A stretch of DNA of 64,000 nt from Azolla caroliniana (GCA_043228905.1 JBHGNT010000010.1:11842001-11906000); one strand, 5' to 3'. Counted from the first letter of the stretch, positions 35,636 through 48,449 are shown. Notes: generated from the sequence alone by a model not told the origin. Made by a program: numbers and translations.

Positions 35636-38542
35636 CTAAACGGCTGTGTTCAATATAAATGGCGCTGGTGGCGGAAACAACCATCGAGGTGGAACATAAT
35701 TCCACTTTACATCTTCCCCTGTTGCATCCAAAAAAATAGGAATGGTTGACCAGACTCTTCTAAGTCGCTTTCTTTTCCGGTTAGGCCCATTTCCACAACC
35801 CTTATAGCTATCATATTCACCTTTAACTATATTTACCAATAATTCCCAGAAAGATTTAACTTGATCCACAACATTAGTATCTTCATCATTATATATTTTA
35901 GAACACCTTGCTTTCCAAATAATCCATAAGGCCAACGAGGAAATAAAGTTCCAAACATAACACCTAGAAAAGAACTTGACTCCCTGCAAGGAGCTATTCG
36001 TAACGTACACCTGAAAACTTTTCACATGTAAAGTCAATGATGAATTATGATAATGATAAAAAACAGTTTCTTGATCCAACGTACCCCAAAAGATTGTACC
36101 CCACGTGAATTTAGTAGCCCTATACTTACGACTTAAAAGCCTAAGAATACGAGCCCAAAAACATTTGGCCGTAACACATTCCCAAAAAGCATGATGTAAT
36201 GTCTCATATGCCCAGCCACACCTACCACATGATCGATCAGGTATTGTTCCCCTCAATAAAGCTCCTACTGGCAATGCATAATGAATCATTAACCATCGAA
36301 AGTGCAATACCTTGTTCATACATTTAAGCGACCAAAGGTGTTTCCAAAACTTCAACATATATGTAGATGAGACATTACCTTCCTCCCAATATTTTTTTCC
36401 TGCCGGAATTGACTCTATCTCATTTAACAAAAACTTCCTACCCAGTGACACAGAATATGCAAAAAATGGAAGAACTTTCTCTTGCGTACTATCAGACATT
36501 GGTAACTTCCAACCATAATCTAATGGATCCCACTGCAAATCAACAATTGGTCTAGAATTTAAAACCCATATATGAGATGAATACTTAGCAATTAGTGGAT
36601 TAGGATCTATAAATATCTTTTTTCCCAACCTAGCTATTACTCTCACTGGCAGCTGCCTGGCAGAAGACACAATTGAAGACTCCTCCTCCACTACCAACAA
36701 CCTACCATTATCGCAAACTTCATAAAAGTAAAGGCTACCATTTTGAGTATACAGACGAGCTCCTATTAGTATATTTAATCTCGAAAACATACCATACCAA
36801 TTCAAACAATGACCAAAACTCAAAGTTGGTAATGTTACCTGATACACCGTTGACACTTGAGTTATCATAATGTTTGCCCCTCTGAAATTAGACACCCTAC
36901 TCTTTTGGTCTTGCACTGAAGTCTGCAGGAAAGCAATCCAATCCGCAACCGTACGAGCTGGTCCGTTATCCATTGCAGCCCAAGATAACCTAGGTCGTAA
37001 ACCTAAGACACATGCCGCTTCATCAGTAAACAAAGGATTCCATAACAACGGCTGACGCATTAATTGATGATATGTTTTTGGTGGCAAAAAAACCAGCGCT
37101 CGACGAATACTTTCCCATGCCCTTAGAATGCCATTAAAAAAACTAAAGGACCCAACTGTCGATTTAGACAGCGGAAAATCTGAATTAAAGAACCATCTAA
37201 GACTATCACGCCAATTACCACCAACCGATGGTTTTAATTTATATAAATGACACATCCAAAACTTTTTCCATAACTCTTGTCCAGGCAATAAACACCTAAC
37301 AACATGTTTAACAAGTAATGCTTTACTTTGCATGAAAGGATCAATCAAACCTAAACCTCCTTTATGTTTGGGTTGTATAAGAACCGACCAAGCTACCTTT
37401 GCTATAGTATTGTGTACCATATCATTTCCCCAAATAAAATTCCGTACTAGACGTGGAACTCTAAGCATAATGGACCTAGAAAACAACCATGTAGAGGCTA
37501 TATACCAAACAGATGATAAAAGCACAGAATTAGCAACAACTACACGTCCAGCTAAGGATAACCTTTCCTTCTTCCAATATATTAGCTTATTTCTTAATCT
37601 TACCAATAAGGGCGCAATCATATCATCTACCTTTATTCCTAACCCTACTCTACATCCTAGATACCTAATGGACTGTCCTTTCGGAATCCACGAGAAACCT
37701 GCGCTGGGCGCGTTAACTGGAGGGTTTCCCGAAGCCACCCAAAAACCTGATGACTTATCCCAATTGATCACTGCACCCGATGCATCTGCGAAGTCATCCA
37801 CAGCTTTTTGAACCTGCACCAAATTAAATTGTGAGGCGTGAATATAAAGAGTTGTATCATCAGCAAACTCACTATCAACGCTAGCATCTGCAAATGGCAA
37901 TGCTAGACCTTTTATATTAACCTGCTGAGAATTTAAATATACAGAAAACGCTTCAGATACTAATAAAAACAAAAAAGGAGCAAGTGGACATCCTTGTCTT
38001 ACTGATCTTGAAATAGAGAAACGCCTACCAATATCCCCTGCAAATAAAACCGAACTATGTGCATTACGATATAATGCTGAAACTCCCCGTATCCAATTGT
38101 TTGGAAAACCCATCTTAAGCAAAGTCCCCTCCATGAAATTCCAGTCGACTCTGTCATAAGCTTTTTCGAAATCCAGAAATAACACTGCCAACTCTTGATT
38201 CTGTCCTTCAGCAAAAGCTACCATCTCCCAAAAAAGAATAATATTATCAAAAATACTTCGCTCTTGTATAAAACCTGTCTGAGAATCATGAATCAGTTCA
38301 GAAAGATAAGGTTGTAAACGTTTAGCTAACGTTTTGGCTAATATCTTATAAATAATGTTTAACAAAGTAATTGGCCTCCAATGCCGAAGCTCCTCTAACT
38401 GACCACCGGCTTTGGGAATCATATAGATTAAACCATCATTCCATTCTTGGGGCATATATCCCGAATCTAAAACCTGTTGATAAGCTCTAGTTAGTCCCTC
38501 ACCTATCAAATCCCAATATTGTAAATACCATTGGACACTCAA
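35636..38542 (-). CDS. LINE ORF2 (RT plus C-terminal zinc finger; endonuclease lost by 5' truncation)
   Basis: 968-aa open frame: WRPITLLN, LDFEKAYDRV, VRQGCPLAP, FADD, RYLG, CGRC...HAFWEC. Confidence 0.92.
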   Translation of the reverse strand: MSVQWYLQYWDLIGEGLTRAYQQVLDSGYMPQEWNDGLIYMIPKAGGQLEELRHWRPITLLNIIYKILAKTLAKRLQPYLSELIHDSQTGFIQERSIFDNIILFWEMVAFAEGQNQELAVLFLDFEKAYDRVDWNFMEGTLLKMGFPNNWIRGVSALYRNAHSSVLFAGDIGRRFSISRSVRQGCPLAPFLFLLVSEAFSVYLNSQQVNIKGLALPFADASVDSEFADDTTLYIHASQFNLVQVQKAVDDFADASGAVINWDKSSGFWVASGNPPVNAPSAGFSWIPKGQSIRYLGCRVGLGIKVDDMIAPLLVRLRNKLIYWKKERLSLAGRVVVANSVLLSSVWYIASTWLFSRSIMLRVPRLVRNFIWGNDMVHNTIAKVAWSVLIQPKHKGGLGLIDPFMQSKALLVKHVVRCLLPGQELWKKFWMCHLYKLKPSVGGNWRDSLRWFFNSDFPLSKSTVGSFSFFNGILRAWESIRRALVFLPPKTYHQLMRQPLLWNPLFTDEAACVLGLRPRLSWAAMDNGPARTVADWIAFLQTSVQDQKSRVSNFRGANIMITQVSTVYQVTLPTLSFGHCLNWYGMFSRLNILIGARLYTQNGSLYFYEVCDNGRLLVVEEESSIVSSARQLPVRVIARLGKKIFIDPNPLIAKYSSHIWVLNSRPIVDLQWDPLDYGWKLPMSDSTQEKVLPFFAYSVSLGRKFLLNEIESIPAGKKYWEEGNVSSTYMLKFWKHLWSLKCMNKVLHFRWLMIHYALPVGALLRGTIPDRSCGRCGWAYETLHHAFWECVTAKCFWARILRLLSRKYRATKFTWGTIFWGTLDQETVFYHYHNSSLTLHVKSFQVYVTNSSLQGVKFFSRCYVWNFISSLALWIIWKARCSKIYNDEDTNVVDQVKSFWELLVNIVKGEYDSYKGCGNGPNRKRKRLRRVWSTIPIFLDATGEDVKWNYVPPRWLFPPPAPFILNTAV

Positions 38543-38988
38543 CCCAATATTGTCTCTTGGGTCTTACATCGGTTCTCGGACGCAATTGCCCAAGTCTCTG
38601 GAACAAGTGTGGAGAAAATTTGGCTGTCGTCATTGGCTGTATTATCTTGGTCCTTCTCTTCCTTTTCGCCACCATCCATCTCTTGGGTCTCACATTAGTT
38701 CCCAGACGCAATTGCCCAAGTCTCTAGATGAAGTGTTAGGAAAGTCTCCACATGACCATCCACCATCGACTCGTTCATAGCCATCTCCGACTCGATGTTG
38801 TTTTTCGTGGCTATCTCTTCAATCTCATGGGCCTCGCACCCATTGACCCTCTTGATCGAAAAAGCTTCAATTATGCTTCTCTCTTTAGCTTCAACCTTTG
38901 GTTCTTCACCGTCACCTCCTATCTCTTGGGTCTCACGTTGGTTAGTGGACGCAATTGCCCAAGTCTCTAGAACAAGTGCGGAGAAAAT

Positions 38989-39897
38989 CTAGCCATGGTC
39001 GTTGTCGACGCTTGTTGTTTTGTTCATAGCCACCTCCTCGATGTAGACTTTAGTTGCTAGATCCTCTATCATGTCGACCTCACACTCTTTATCTCCCTTG
39101 ATGCAAACTTCGATTTGGCTTGCTCCATCATCTATTGTTTCGAACACGATGCATGTTCCGAAACATTTGTCCTCCTTTGAAATGGACGTCATTGTCCTCG
39201 AGTTATCATCAATTTTCTTTTCATTTAGGTTGTTTTGTTTAGATGGCTCGACTTCTTTAGATGGTCTTGTTTTCTCTATGATCGGCCTTACCAAATCAAA
39301 ACCATCAAGACATTGATGACGCCTGTCGATCTTGTTGCATGCTTGCTTCACCGCAACCCAGTCCGCCACAAGGTTGTTTGCTTGGGTATCATCTTCGAGG
39401 AGAGTCCCCAACTCTCGTCTACCCTTCATGTCCACGACTTTCAAGAAGTACAAAGTCTTGTCCTCCTCCAACAGCACTTGGTCCGTGTTGGGGAGACGAC
39501 TAAACATTTGGTCGAACTTGTCGTACACCCTCGAGACGCTCATCTTCTTATTCTTCTTTTCTATCCACTTCATCAAGTCATGTCGAGTCATCCTCGTCAA
39601 GTCTTCCGTCGCGAACTCTGCTAATATTGCTTTCTCGAACTCCGACCATGTTGACTTCCCTTCTTGGAGCCCAATGACCCGCTTTTGGACGTTGTTGGCG
39701 ACATGTCTCTTGAAGCTTGTGATTTGACGTGCTTCGGACACGTCCCTTTGATTCATCTCCCTTTTGTATGCATCAAGAAACTTTGTAATGTTCCTTCCAT
39801 CAAATTGACCCTCGAGCTCCACGACACAGTTGACAGCTTTCTCCACGCTCGTATCGTTGTCTCGAGATCTCATCATTTGTTCAAAGATTATCATCAT
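38989..39897 (-). pseudogene. gag: F gag (start separated by a solo LTR; no zinc knuckle or protease)
   Basis: Closely similar to B/G gag up to EKKIDD, then unrelated sequence. Confidence 0.85.
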
Positions 39898-39933
39898 CGT
39901 TTTGAACTCTCCCGCTTGATTGCTTGAGGACGC

Positions 39934-40832
39934 TGTCGTGAAGGATTTGCTTCACGATATAAAAATAAACTTGAATATTGTATTAAGTAACATTTGAGAG
40001 ACTTGAACCCATAATCTCACACACCAAGGACGAAACATATACCATTAGGATAAGTTATTTTCTATAGTTATGCTTTTATCACCATACTTATGACATGTGT
40101 ATCTTCATACATTAGAGCTTAGATGAGCATGATGGCTATCATGCATCACATGTAAAACATGTGCGCCAAATGGCGACCATGCATCACATGCATCACATGC
40201 ATTACATGCATGCCATGCACCCCCATATCATCATATGCATGAGAGAACCTAGAAAGAGAGGTAAGGAATTAAGGGATGGAAAAAAGAAAAAACAGGGTAA
40301 TCAATCAATGAAGAGAAAGTTAGAGAAATAAGATAATAATAAAAAAAACAAACAAGTTAGCTTGTTGGTGAAGAGGCTCGTGTTTCCAAGTTGGAGTCAA
40401 GAGTTCAAATCAAGGGTCGGTAGAGAATGTGTTCAGTTTGCGATCAAGGATTGTAAAGTTGGTAAAATGTTATATTTTTAATATACATCATGTTTATATC
40501 ATATACTCTTGTTCCTTAATTCATACTTTGTCTCAATCTTCCTTCTTAAATCATATTTTGTGTCTATCTTGCTTCCTTGATTCATACTTTGTCTCAATCT
40601 TCCTTCTTAAATCATATTTTGTGTCTATCTTGCTTCTTGTATCATATATTGTCTCTATCTTCTATCTATTCTCATCTCTCTCACACACACACACATTACT
40701 CATAACTCTTCTTCTTGCTACTCTTAACCTTTCTAACATCACCATACAAGCCTTATTAAAATTTAAGTTCCTTCAACTCCCCTTAACCTGAGTCCCCGCG
40801 ACTTCGCCGCACGAACCACAACTACCCCGACA
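39934..40832 (+). mobile_element. Solo LTR of the Trp-PBS clade in F gag
   Basis: TGTCG...CGACA, perfect TSD acgc/acgc, RY cluster 40140-40240, antisense A/B-box module 39999-40052. Confidence 0.9.
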
Positions 40833-40885
40833 ACGCCATCTCCAAGTATTGGTCGACCCTCGACTTGATCCTTCCTACTGCCTCC

Positions 40886-40903
40886 TTCATGTCGGGTTCA
40901 CCA
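40886..40903 (-). promoter_or_regulatory. PBS tRNA-Trp (F)
   Basis: Plus strand TTCATGTCGGGTTCACCA. Confidence 0.85.
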
Positions 40904-40911
40904 CTTAATTA

Positions 40912-42199
40912 TGTCGTGAAGATCTGTCACTAGGCGCGGATCGTGAGGCGGAACCACCAGGGTTCTGGACCGGAAGGATTCGAAGTTTGCACTGACTTTA
41001 GCGAGAAAGGATTTAAGATAGATTAAAAGAGAGAGAGATTTAAACGCTTGACTTTGGGTCGAGAGAGATTGATATGGCGTGAGAGAGATAGAGAGAGATT
41101 AAGATTGGACCCTTGACTTTAGATTTAAGAAACAAGATACACCATCAATTGGAGAACGAATTTTCTCTTCTTAATTTCTTGATTAATACTTTAATACTTT
41201 TTTTTTTCCTACTACTCTATTATAGATGCCCCCATGCATATGATGCATGTGAGGGTACAAGACATGCATAAAATGCATGTTTGCCATTTGGCGCTCATGC
41301 ATTACATGTGGTGCATGATAACCATGTCACTCGTTTAAGCTCTCATATGAGAATTTCCATGTCAAGCTATAATGATAAAAATATAATCCCTAACGAAATG
41401 ATTTGGCTTAGTGGTAAGCTTATTGCTTCCTATCTTGGAGGCGCGAAGTTCGAGTCTTGCTTACACCTTTTTCTTTTATGCACAAAATATTGTTAGGCTT
41501 TTGAACCAAATATATTTAAGACACCATGCACCGCGATCAACCGACTCGACGGATCCGTCCGATTTGCATTTGTTTGGTCCGGCCCAGTCCGCATCCCGAG
41601 TCGCTTGCCGGTCACCGGACGGTTCAACCACCGTCGCCGGTTGCCGCCGGTTTTGGTTGGCCAAAACCTTTACAAGTACCGCGATCTACCAACTCAACTG
41701 ATTCGTCCAATTTGCATCCATTTGGTTCGGCCTAGTCCACATCCTGAGTCGCTTGCCGGTCACTGGACGGTTCCGCCACCGTCGTCGATTGCCGTCGGTT
41801 TTGGTTGGTACAAGTAGTTAGGCCACACCCACTCATCCAATTAGCTTAGTTCAAGTGACCTTGACCTCTCTATGCTCCACACATAGACAAAAAGATAATA
41901 GGTTTTGCTCTGCCTTATATATGGTGAGATCCTTATTTGTCTTGTCTATGTGGGATATCTCATAGTTTTATCTTTCTCTTTTCCTTTGCAAACTTTCTAC
42001 CCACATAACTTGAGACTTAGATGTCCATTTCTTATGTAGTAAAGTGCATTCGAAAGCTCTTGAAAGACCTCCATCTTTTTGTACTAGGATATTAAACTTA
42101 TTTAAAATAGTATTTTCACTATTATTGTTTTATATGACTCATACTTGATTTCGTATGTTTTATGCGATTTTCAAACCATTGTCGAAAATCTTCACGACA
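40912..42199 (-). repeat. F 5' LTR
   Basis: Repeat of 31228-32634; A/B-box module 41404-41457. Confidence 0.9.
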
Positions 42200-43306
42200 G
42201 CGCGCACTGAAGCTGATCGGTAGTCGACTGCGACATAAACTGACTTATTAGAACAACCGGATAAATGAGGTCTGGTTAGGTGTTGGTCAGGTAGATGAGG
42301 CTTCCGACAATCAGTTAGAACCGTGTCGTCTCACATCCCTCTCTCGATTCGGGCGAAGCTTGAAAGTCTTCTCAAGAGGAGTCGAGATGGATTTACAATC
42401 AATCATGCCGAACTTGAAGAGCATATTTAACACATAATCAAGTTGGCTGATCAATATGCCTTCAGGGGTTTTGATCACTTCAATACTGAGTAAGTAATGA
42501 AGGTTCCTGAAGTTCTTCATGATGAATGATGCGGCAAGTTAGGACTTGACGCGGTCGATTTCCTCCAAGTTCGCGCCGACGATGACTAGATCATCAACAT
42601 AAAGTAAAACACTTACTAGCCCAAGTTGACCTTATCGGATGAATAGTGAAGAGTTTGACTTCGACGTAGCAAACCCCATCGGATGCAATCACTGCGTCAT
42701 CTTTGCGTTCCAGGCACGTGGAGCTTGCTTTAATCCATAGAGGGACTTCTTTAGTCGGCAAACAACCGACGTATTCAAACCAAATTGAAATCCGGGAGGC
42801 TGCACCATGTACACATGTTCCTCAAGCTCTCCTTGTAGGAACGCGTTCTTCACATCCATATGGTGCAAATGCCACCCCTTTGTCGTGGCTACCACTAAGA
42901 AGACATGGACGATCGTCATATTCGTGACCGGTGCAAACGTCTCATCGTAATCGATGCTATGTTGATGCGCATAGCCCTTTGCCACCAGTTTGGCCATATA
43001 TCGGTTGACGGAGTTGTTGGCATTGTACTTGACCTTGAACACCCACTTGCATCCGATTGGCTTCACGCCCTTAGGGGCGTCAACCAGATCCCAAGTCTCA
43101 TTCTCCGCCAATGTGCACATCTCTTCGTCCATGGTGGCACACCAATTTTCATCCTTTGCCGCCTCTACGTAGCTCCCCAGCTCACGCACTTCCGCCACTT
43201 TCGCGATATATGTATAAAGATGTGCCATGTAATCATTATACCTGTACTTGATGACATGGTTCTTTTGGTGGGATGATCGACACAACCTCCCATTGGCCGT
43301 CTTCAA
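42200..43306 (-). pseudogene. pol: Copia reverse transcriptase
   Basis: [51 protein letters not shown]. Confidence 0.92.
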
Positions 43307-44397
43307 GGCTCTTCTGGCCTACTGTAACCTCACTTCCGGATGTCCATCTTCGTTCCTGGCCGTGTCAGATTCACTTCGGTACTATGCGCCGGCCTCTATG
43401 CCATACTCTAAGATCTTCATCTTCCCCTTCTCCTTGCACGTAAGCCATCTCCACGACTTTTGACACGGTGTTGTGAAGATTTTCGGCAATGGTGTGAAAA
43501 TTGCATGGAATGTACAAAATTGAGTGTGGTTCTTCACAAATAATATGAAACAATAATAATGAAGATATTATTTTATATCTTGGTACGAAAAGATGGATGT
43601 TTTCAAGAGCTTCCAAATGCATTTTACTACATGTGAAATGGACAACTTAGTGTCAAGTTATGTGAGTGTGAAGTTTGAGAAGAAGAAGAGAAAAACAAAA
43701 TTGTGAGATATCCCACATAGATAGGACAAAGCATGATCCCACAGTATATAACAAGAGCCAGAACTTATTACTTTTTGTCTATGAGTGGAGCACAGAATGT
43801 TCTTGGGCTAAACTGTGGTTTACCTACTCGTAATGGTTTTGGGTGACCGGACGGGGACGACGACCGAACCGGGACCGACGCAGCGCTGGAACCGGACTGG
43901 ATAGATCGGATCATCGGGTTGGATGCGGACCGGATGGATCGGATATACGGATCGATCAGGTAGGTTGATCGCGATGATTTCGGTGTGAAACGAACAAAAT
44001 ATCTAGACTAAAATGTTAGGAAACAAGTCCCTCCGAATGGGAAGTGAGAAGAAAAGTGTCGATGAGCAAATTCGGTCGAGGCCGATGTCGTGTGAATCTT
44101 CACACACAATGTAAAAGAATAATGAAATAATTATTATAGATTAGATTAGTAGCTTACTATAGAAAGATAGATATACTCAAGAGCTTAAAAATGTATTTTA
44201 CTATATACAAAATGGAGAAATACATATCAAGTTATGTGAAAATAAAGTTGAGAAGATAGGGAAATTAGAACTATCCCACATAGATAGGAAAGTTAAGGCC
44301 CTGGCTATATAAACACCTTGAGATCCCTCATTTTTCATTAGTGCTAAGAGCACTTTGGCCACTTTGTCTTGATGGATGATGGTGGCCAAATTCCCTA

Positions 44398-44870
44398 AAA
44401 CCGGAAACCAGCCGGTAAGCAAAACCAAAAACCGGTCGGTAAGCAAATCTGGAAAACGGGTCCGGTAAGCAAATCCGGAAACAGGCCGGTAAGCAAATCC
44501 GGAAACCGGTCGGTATGCAATCCGGAACCGGCCGGCAAGCAAACCGTAACCGTAACCGGCCGACAAGCAAAACCGGAACCGGAACCGGTATGCAAACCGG
44601 AAACCGGCTGGTAAGCAAAATCGGAACCGGCAAGCAAAATCGGAACCGGAACCGGTCGGCAAGCAAAACCGGAACTGGCCGGTAAGCAAAATCGGAACCG
44701 GAATTGGCAAGCAAACCAGAACCGGAACCGGCCGACAAGCAAAATCGGAATCGGAACCGGAACCGGCAAGCAAACCGAAACCGAAACCGGCAAGCAAACC
44801 GGAACTGGCCGACAAGCAAAATCGGAATTGGAACCAGCCAGCAAGCAAAATGGAATCGGCTACCGGACGA
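44398..44870 (+). repeat. AACCGG/GTAAGCAAA degenerate minisatellite in H-type LTR
   Basis: Many 6-25-bp units; shorter versions at ~45318-45560 and ~52262-52450. Confidence 0.85.
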
Positions 44871-46211
44871 GGTTGGACGCGGACGGACGAAAGATTGGAT
44901 CATGCAACAAACTAAAGTAAAGTGAAGAGAACTAAAGTAAAGGCCATGTGGACGCAAGCAACTAAAGTTGGAGTGCATGGAAAAAGTAAAGGTCAAGTGG
45001 ACGGTGTCGTGTGAATCTTCACACACAATGTAAAAAAATAATGAAATAATTATTATAGATTAGATTAGTAGCTTACTATAGAAAGATGGATATACTCAAG
45101 AGCTTCAAAATGTATTTTACTATATACAAAATGGAGAAATACATATCAAGTTATGAGAAAATAAAGTTTGAGAATATAGGGAAATTAAAACTATCCCACA
45201 TAGATAGGAAAGTTAAGGCCCGGGCTATATAAACACCTTGAGCTCCCTCATTTTTCATTAGTGCTAAGAGCACTTTGGCCACTTTGTCTTGATGGATGAT
45301 GGTGGCCAAATTCCCTAAAACCGGAAACCGGTCGGTAAGCAAATCCGGAAAACGGGTCCGGTAAGCAAATCCGAAAATCGGCCGGTAAGCAAATCCGGAA
45401 ACCGGCCGGTATGCAATCCGGAAATCGGCCGGTATGCAAAACCGGAACTGGAACCGGCCGGCAAGCAAACTGGAACCGGAACCGGTATGCAAACCGGAAA
45501 TCGGCCGGTAAGCAAAACCGGAACCGGCCGGCAAGCAAAATGGAACCGGCTACTGGACGAGGTTGGATGCGGACAGACGAAAGATTGGATCATGCAACAA
45601 ACTAAAGTAAAGGCCATGTGGACGCAAGCAACTAAAGTTGGAGTGCATGGAAAAAGTAAAGGTCATGTGGACAGTCACATGCAACCAAAAGAAAAAGCTA
45701 GGCAACTAAAAGTAGAGGCCATGCAACAAAAAGTGGAAAGGCTATGATCAAGGGAGAACTCCATATTTATTCCATTTTTTTTCCTACACCAGGACTGACT
45801 CTCCATATTATCTTAATTTTTTTTCTTTTCTTTGGGAGCTCTCTTATATTACCGAAGCCAATAACCCTAATATTCCCTACGGAAGCTATCTCTCAAGTAA
45901 ACCATAATTTCCATACGGAAGCAATCTCTCAAAATCCAAAATTCCTTGTCAAAGCCATATCACTCAAGAATCATAATCTCTTATTTCCTCTAATCTATTA
46001 TTCTAATCATCTCCATAAGATAAAACTTTTGTAATCCCAATCTTGGGATTGATTGTAATCTTTCTTTCCCTTTTATTAATGAAATTTGTTAATCTTTCTC
46101 ATTTCGGTTAATTCTTAGTACATAAATACACGAATTTGATATCCTCTAGACAAAGGCCCCGGGGTCTTGCCTCAACGTTCACGTATCCTCGTCGTATTTT
46201 TGCGACATCTT

Positions 46212-46229
46212 TGGTGAACCCGACGTGAA
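46212..46229 (+). promoter_or_regulatory. PBS tRNA-Trp (H)
   Basis: TGGTGAACCCGACGTGAA. Confidence 0.9.
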
Positions 46230-46260
46230 ACGAGGCAGTAGGAGGATATCAAGTACGAAG

Positions 46261-48449
46261 ATGGCTTTGACAAGTGGAACTCAAGGAGAAGAATTGACGA
46301 AAGGCATGGTGTCCGTCGTCGAAATCATGCTAAAAGAGAGAGATCGGGAGGCTTTAGTCGACAAAGCTGTTGACTGAACTGTGGAGACAGTTGGAAGATT
46401 CGGTGGGAAGAACATTACAAATTTCCTTGCTACCTACCGGAATGAGATGCAACAAAGAGATGTCCATGATCCAAAACAAATTTCAAGCTTTAAGCGTGTG
46501 GTAGATTCCGGGATCCGTGAGCGCATGATGGAGATCCAAAACGAGAATGCAACTTGGGCGGAGTTTGAAAGGGCTCTTCTCACTGAATACATGCTTGAAG
46601 ACGCATCGCGGATGACCTGGCATACATTAATGAATTGGATCGAGAAGAAAGGGAAGAAGCTGTGTGCATCGAGAATTTATGCCGAATTCGACTAGAAGTA
46701 CAACCGACTTCCGAGTGTCGAGCAACGAGTTCTCGACGGAGATAAAGTCTTACTATTCCTAAAGGTAATGGATGCGAAAGATCAGCGAGAATTGGGTAGT
46801 TTCTTGGAGGAAGAAACACAACCAAATGGTTTGGTAGCGGACTGGGCGGCAGTGAAGAAGGATTGCAGCCGTTTTGATAAGCGGCGACAATGGCAAGAGG
46901 AACCTGAGGTCGAGAATCCACAATTGTGGAAGAAGGCACCTACGACGATTGAGCCTAGTAAGCCGATCAACAATTTCGACAAGGAAGCAATGGACGAGTC
47001 TATAATCGAAGAGCTCTCCAAGAAGTTTGAAGCGGTATCGCTAGCCAAGTTAGGTCGACGCGGGCCCAAGGGAAAAGAAGCGTATAGATGTGTGTGGTGC
47101 AATAGCTTTGAACACTCACGAAGGGAATGTGCTGACTTGCAAGATGCGATCCGGAAGAATGTCGTCTATTTGGACGGCAACATGATTCACTCGAACAAGA
47201 CACGAAAGCCACTACGAGTGAACTTCGGAAGAGGTGGGCTGAAAAAGATTGTAGAAGAAGAAGATGCAAGGCATGTGGAGGCTATGCACTATGCCGCTTC
47301 GGCTGGGATACGAGTTGGAAAAGAGAATCTTAAAATGATCAAGACAGGAGCTGGGTTTTGGCCAACGGTCTTCGAGTGCGAAGAAAAAGGCAAAATCAAT
47401 TCGGAGGATCTAAAACTTGCTGACTGAAACGTGCGACGAGCAACCAGATGGTCAGATCCAATCGACGAAAATACAAGCTTTGCGGAAGTTGTGTGTGACA
47501 CCTAAGAAGCCCTTCTCGAAGAGAAGAGGAAGAGAACCGGTGAAGAAGATGGCACATCAAAGCGACCTAACACGAGGAACGGAGGGAAAGAAGGGCCACC
47601 CCAACCTATCCCAAGAAAAGAGATTGGTGAAACAAACATGAAGCCCGGTGGATTGAGCCAACCTGCTCGGATGGAAGTCGAAGAATCAACGAAGAAAGGA
47701 AAAGAACGAGCGGCACCGACTTACAAGCTAAGGTCGGACATAGAACAAACAACTAACTTGCGGAAGGTCCTTGAGGAGAAGGTTTTAGATAGTCATGTTG
47801 ACCTTACCTTGAGAGAGCTACTTGGGATCGCGAAGAAGGAGTTCCATGATACTATCGTGGACCTTATTAAAAGGAAGCGGCAACAATCTGATGAAGAGGA
47901 GGTGAAAACAAGTGCCATAACCATGGCAAGATCGGAAGAGGAGGAAGAAGAAGAAGTGGTGGCGGATAGCCATTACTCGCGGCCTCATTGGGCAAGAGCG
48001 ACAACGGAGACACCGATGAAGATCGGGGAGAAGAAAGAGACCGTGGTCGCTTTGATTGACCATGGCTCAGAGATCAACCTCATGTCGACCGAGTTCTACA
48101 AGAAAGGAAGATGGCCGATTAATACAAACCACGGATGGAAGATTTGAGCGGCGACGAAGGCTATGGAGGACTTGTACGGAGCTTGCCCCAACGTTAAAGT
48201 CACGATCAGGGATGTAGAGATTGATCAACACTTCTTCGTGCAAGACTCGGCTTCACATCCCGTCATCCTAGGACAACCATATATAACATCGTCCCGGATG
48301 GAGACCAAGGTGTTCGATAATGGAGCAGCCTTCACGTGCGTCAAGAGTCTTGATAGTAAAAGATCCGTTCAATTCCTAACGGTTTAGGGTTTAGGGTTTA
48401 GGGTTTAAGGAACCGAGATAGCCTTGGAGGCGAATCCTCAGATTTTTAA
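46261..48449 (+). pseudogene. gag: H gag-protease
   Basis: CVWCNSFEHSRREC knuckle, ALIDHGSEINLM; several stops. Confidence 0.88.
48381..48406 (+). repeat. Interstitial plant telomere tract (TTTAGGG)3+
   Basis: ggtttagggtttagggtttagggttt replaces about 15 bp present in the B copy. Confidence 0.88.

Larger units (their letters stand above)
33841..38550 (-). mobile_element. 5'-truncated L1-like LINE inserted in F
   Basis: 15-bp TSD TGTCTCTTGGGTCTT (33826-33840 and 38551-38565), poly(A) tail (T-run 33839-33848), RT ORF. Confidence 0.92.
31228..42199 (-). mobile_element. Element F: rearranged gag-only Gypsy derivative with B/G-type LTRs
   Basis: LTRs 31228-32634 and 40912-42199, PBS 40886-40903, TSD gcgc/gcgc, gag 38989-39897, no pol. 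Confidence 0.82.

Noticed and set aside
44201-45026. Arg/Phe/Pro-rich ORFs in all frames (also 45151..45617, 52096..52645)
   Set aside because: Stop-free translation of the AACCGG minisatellite.
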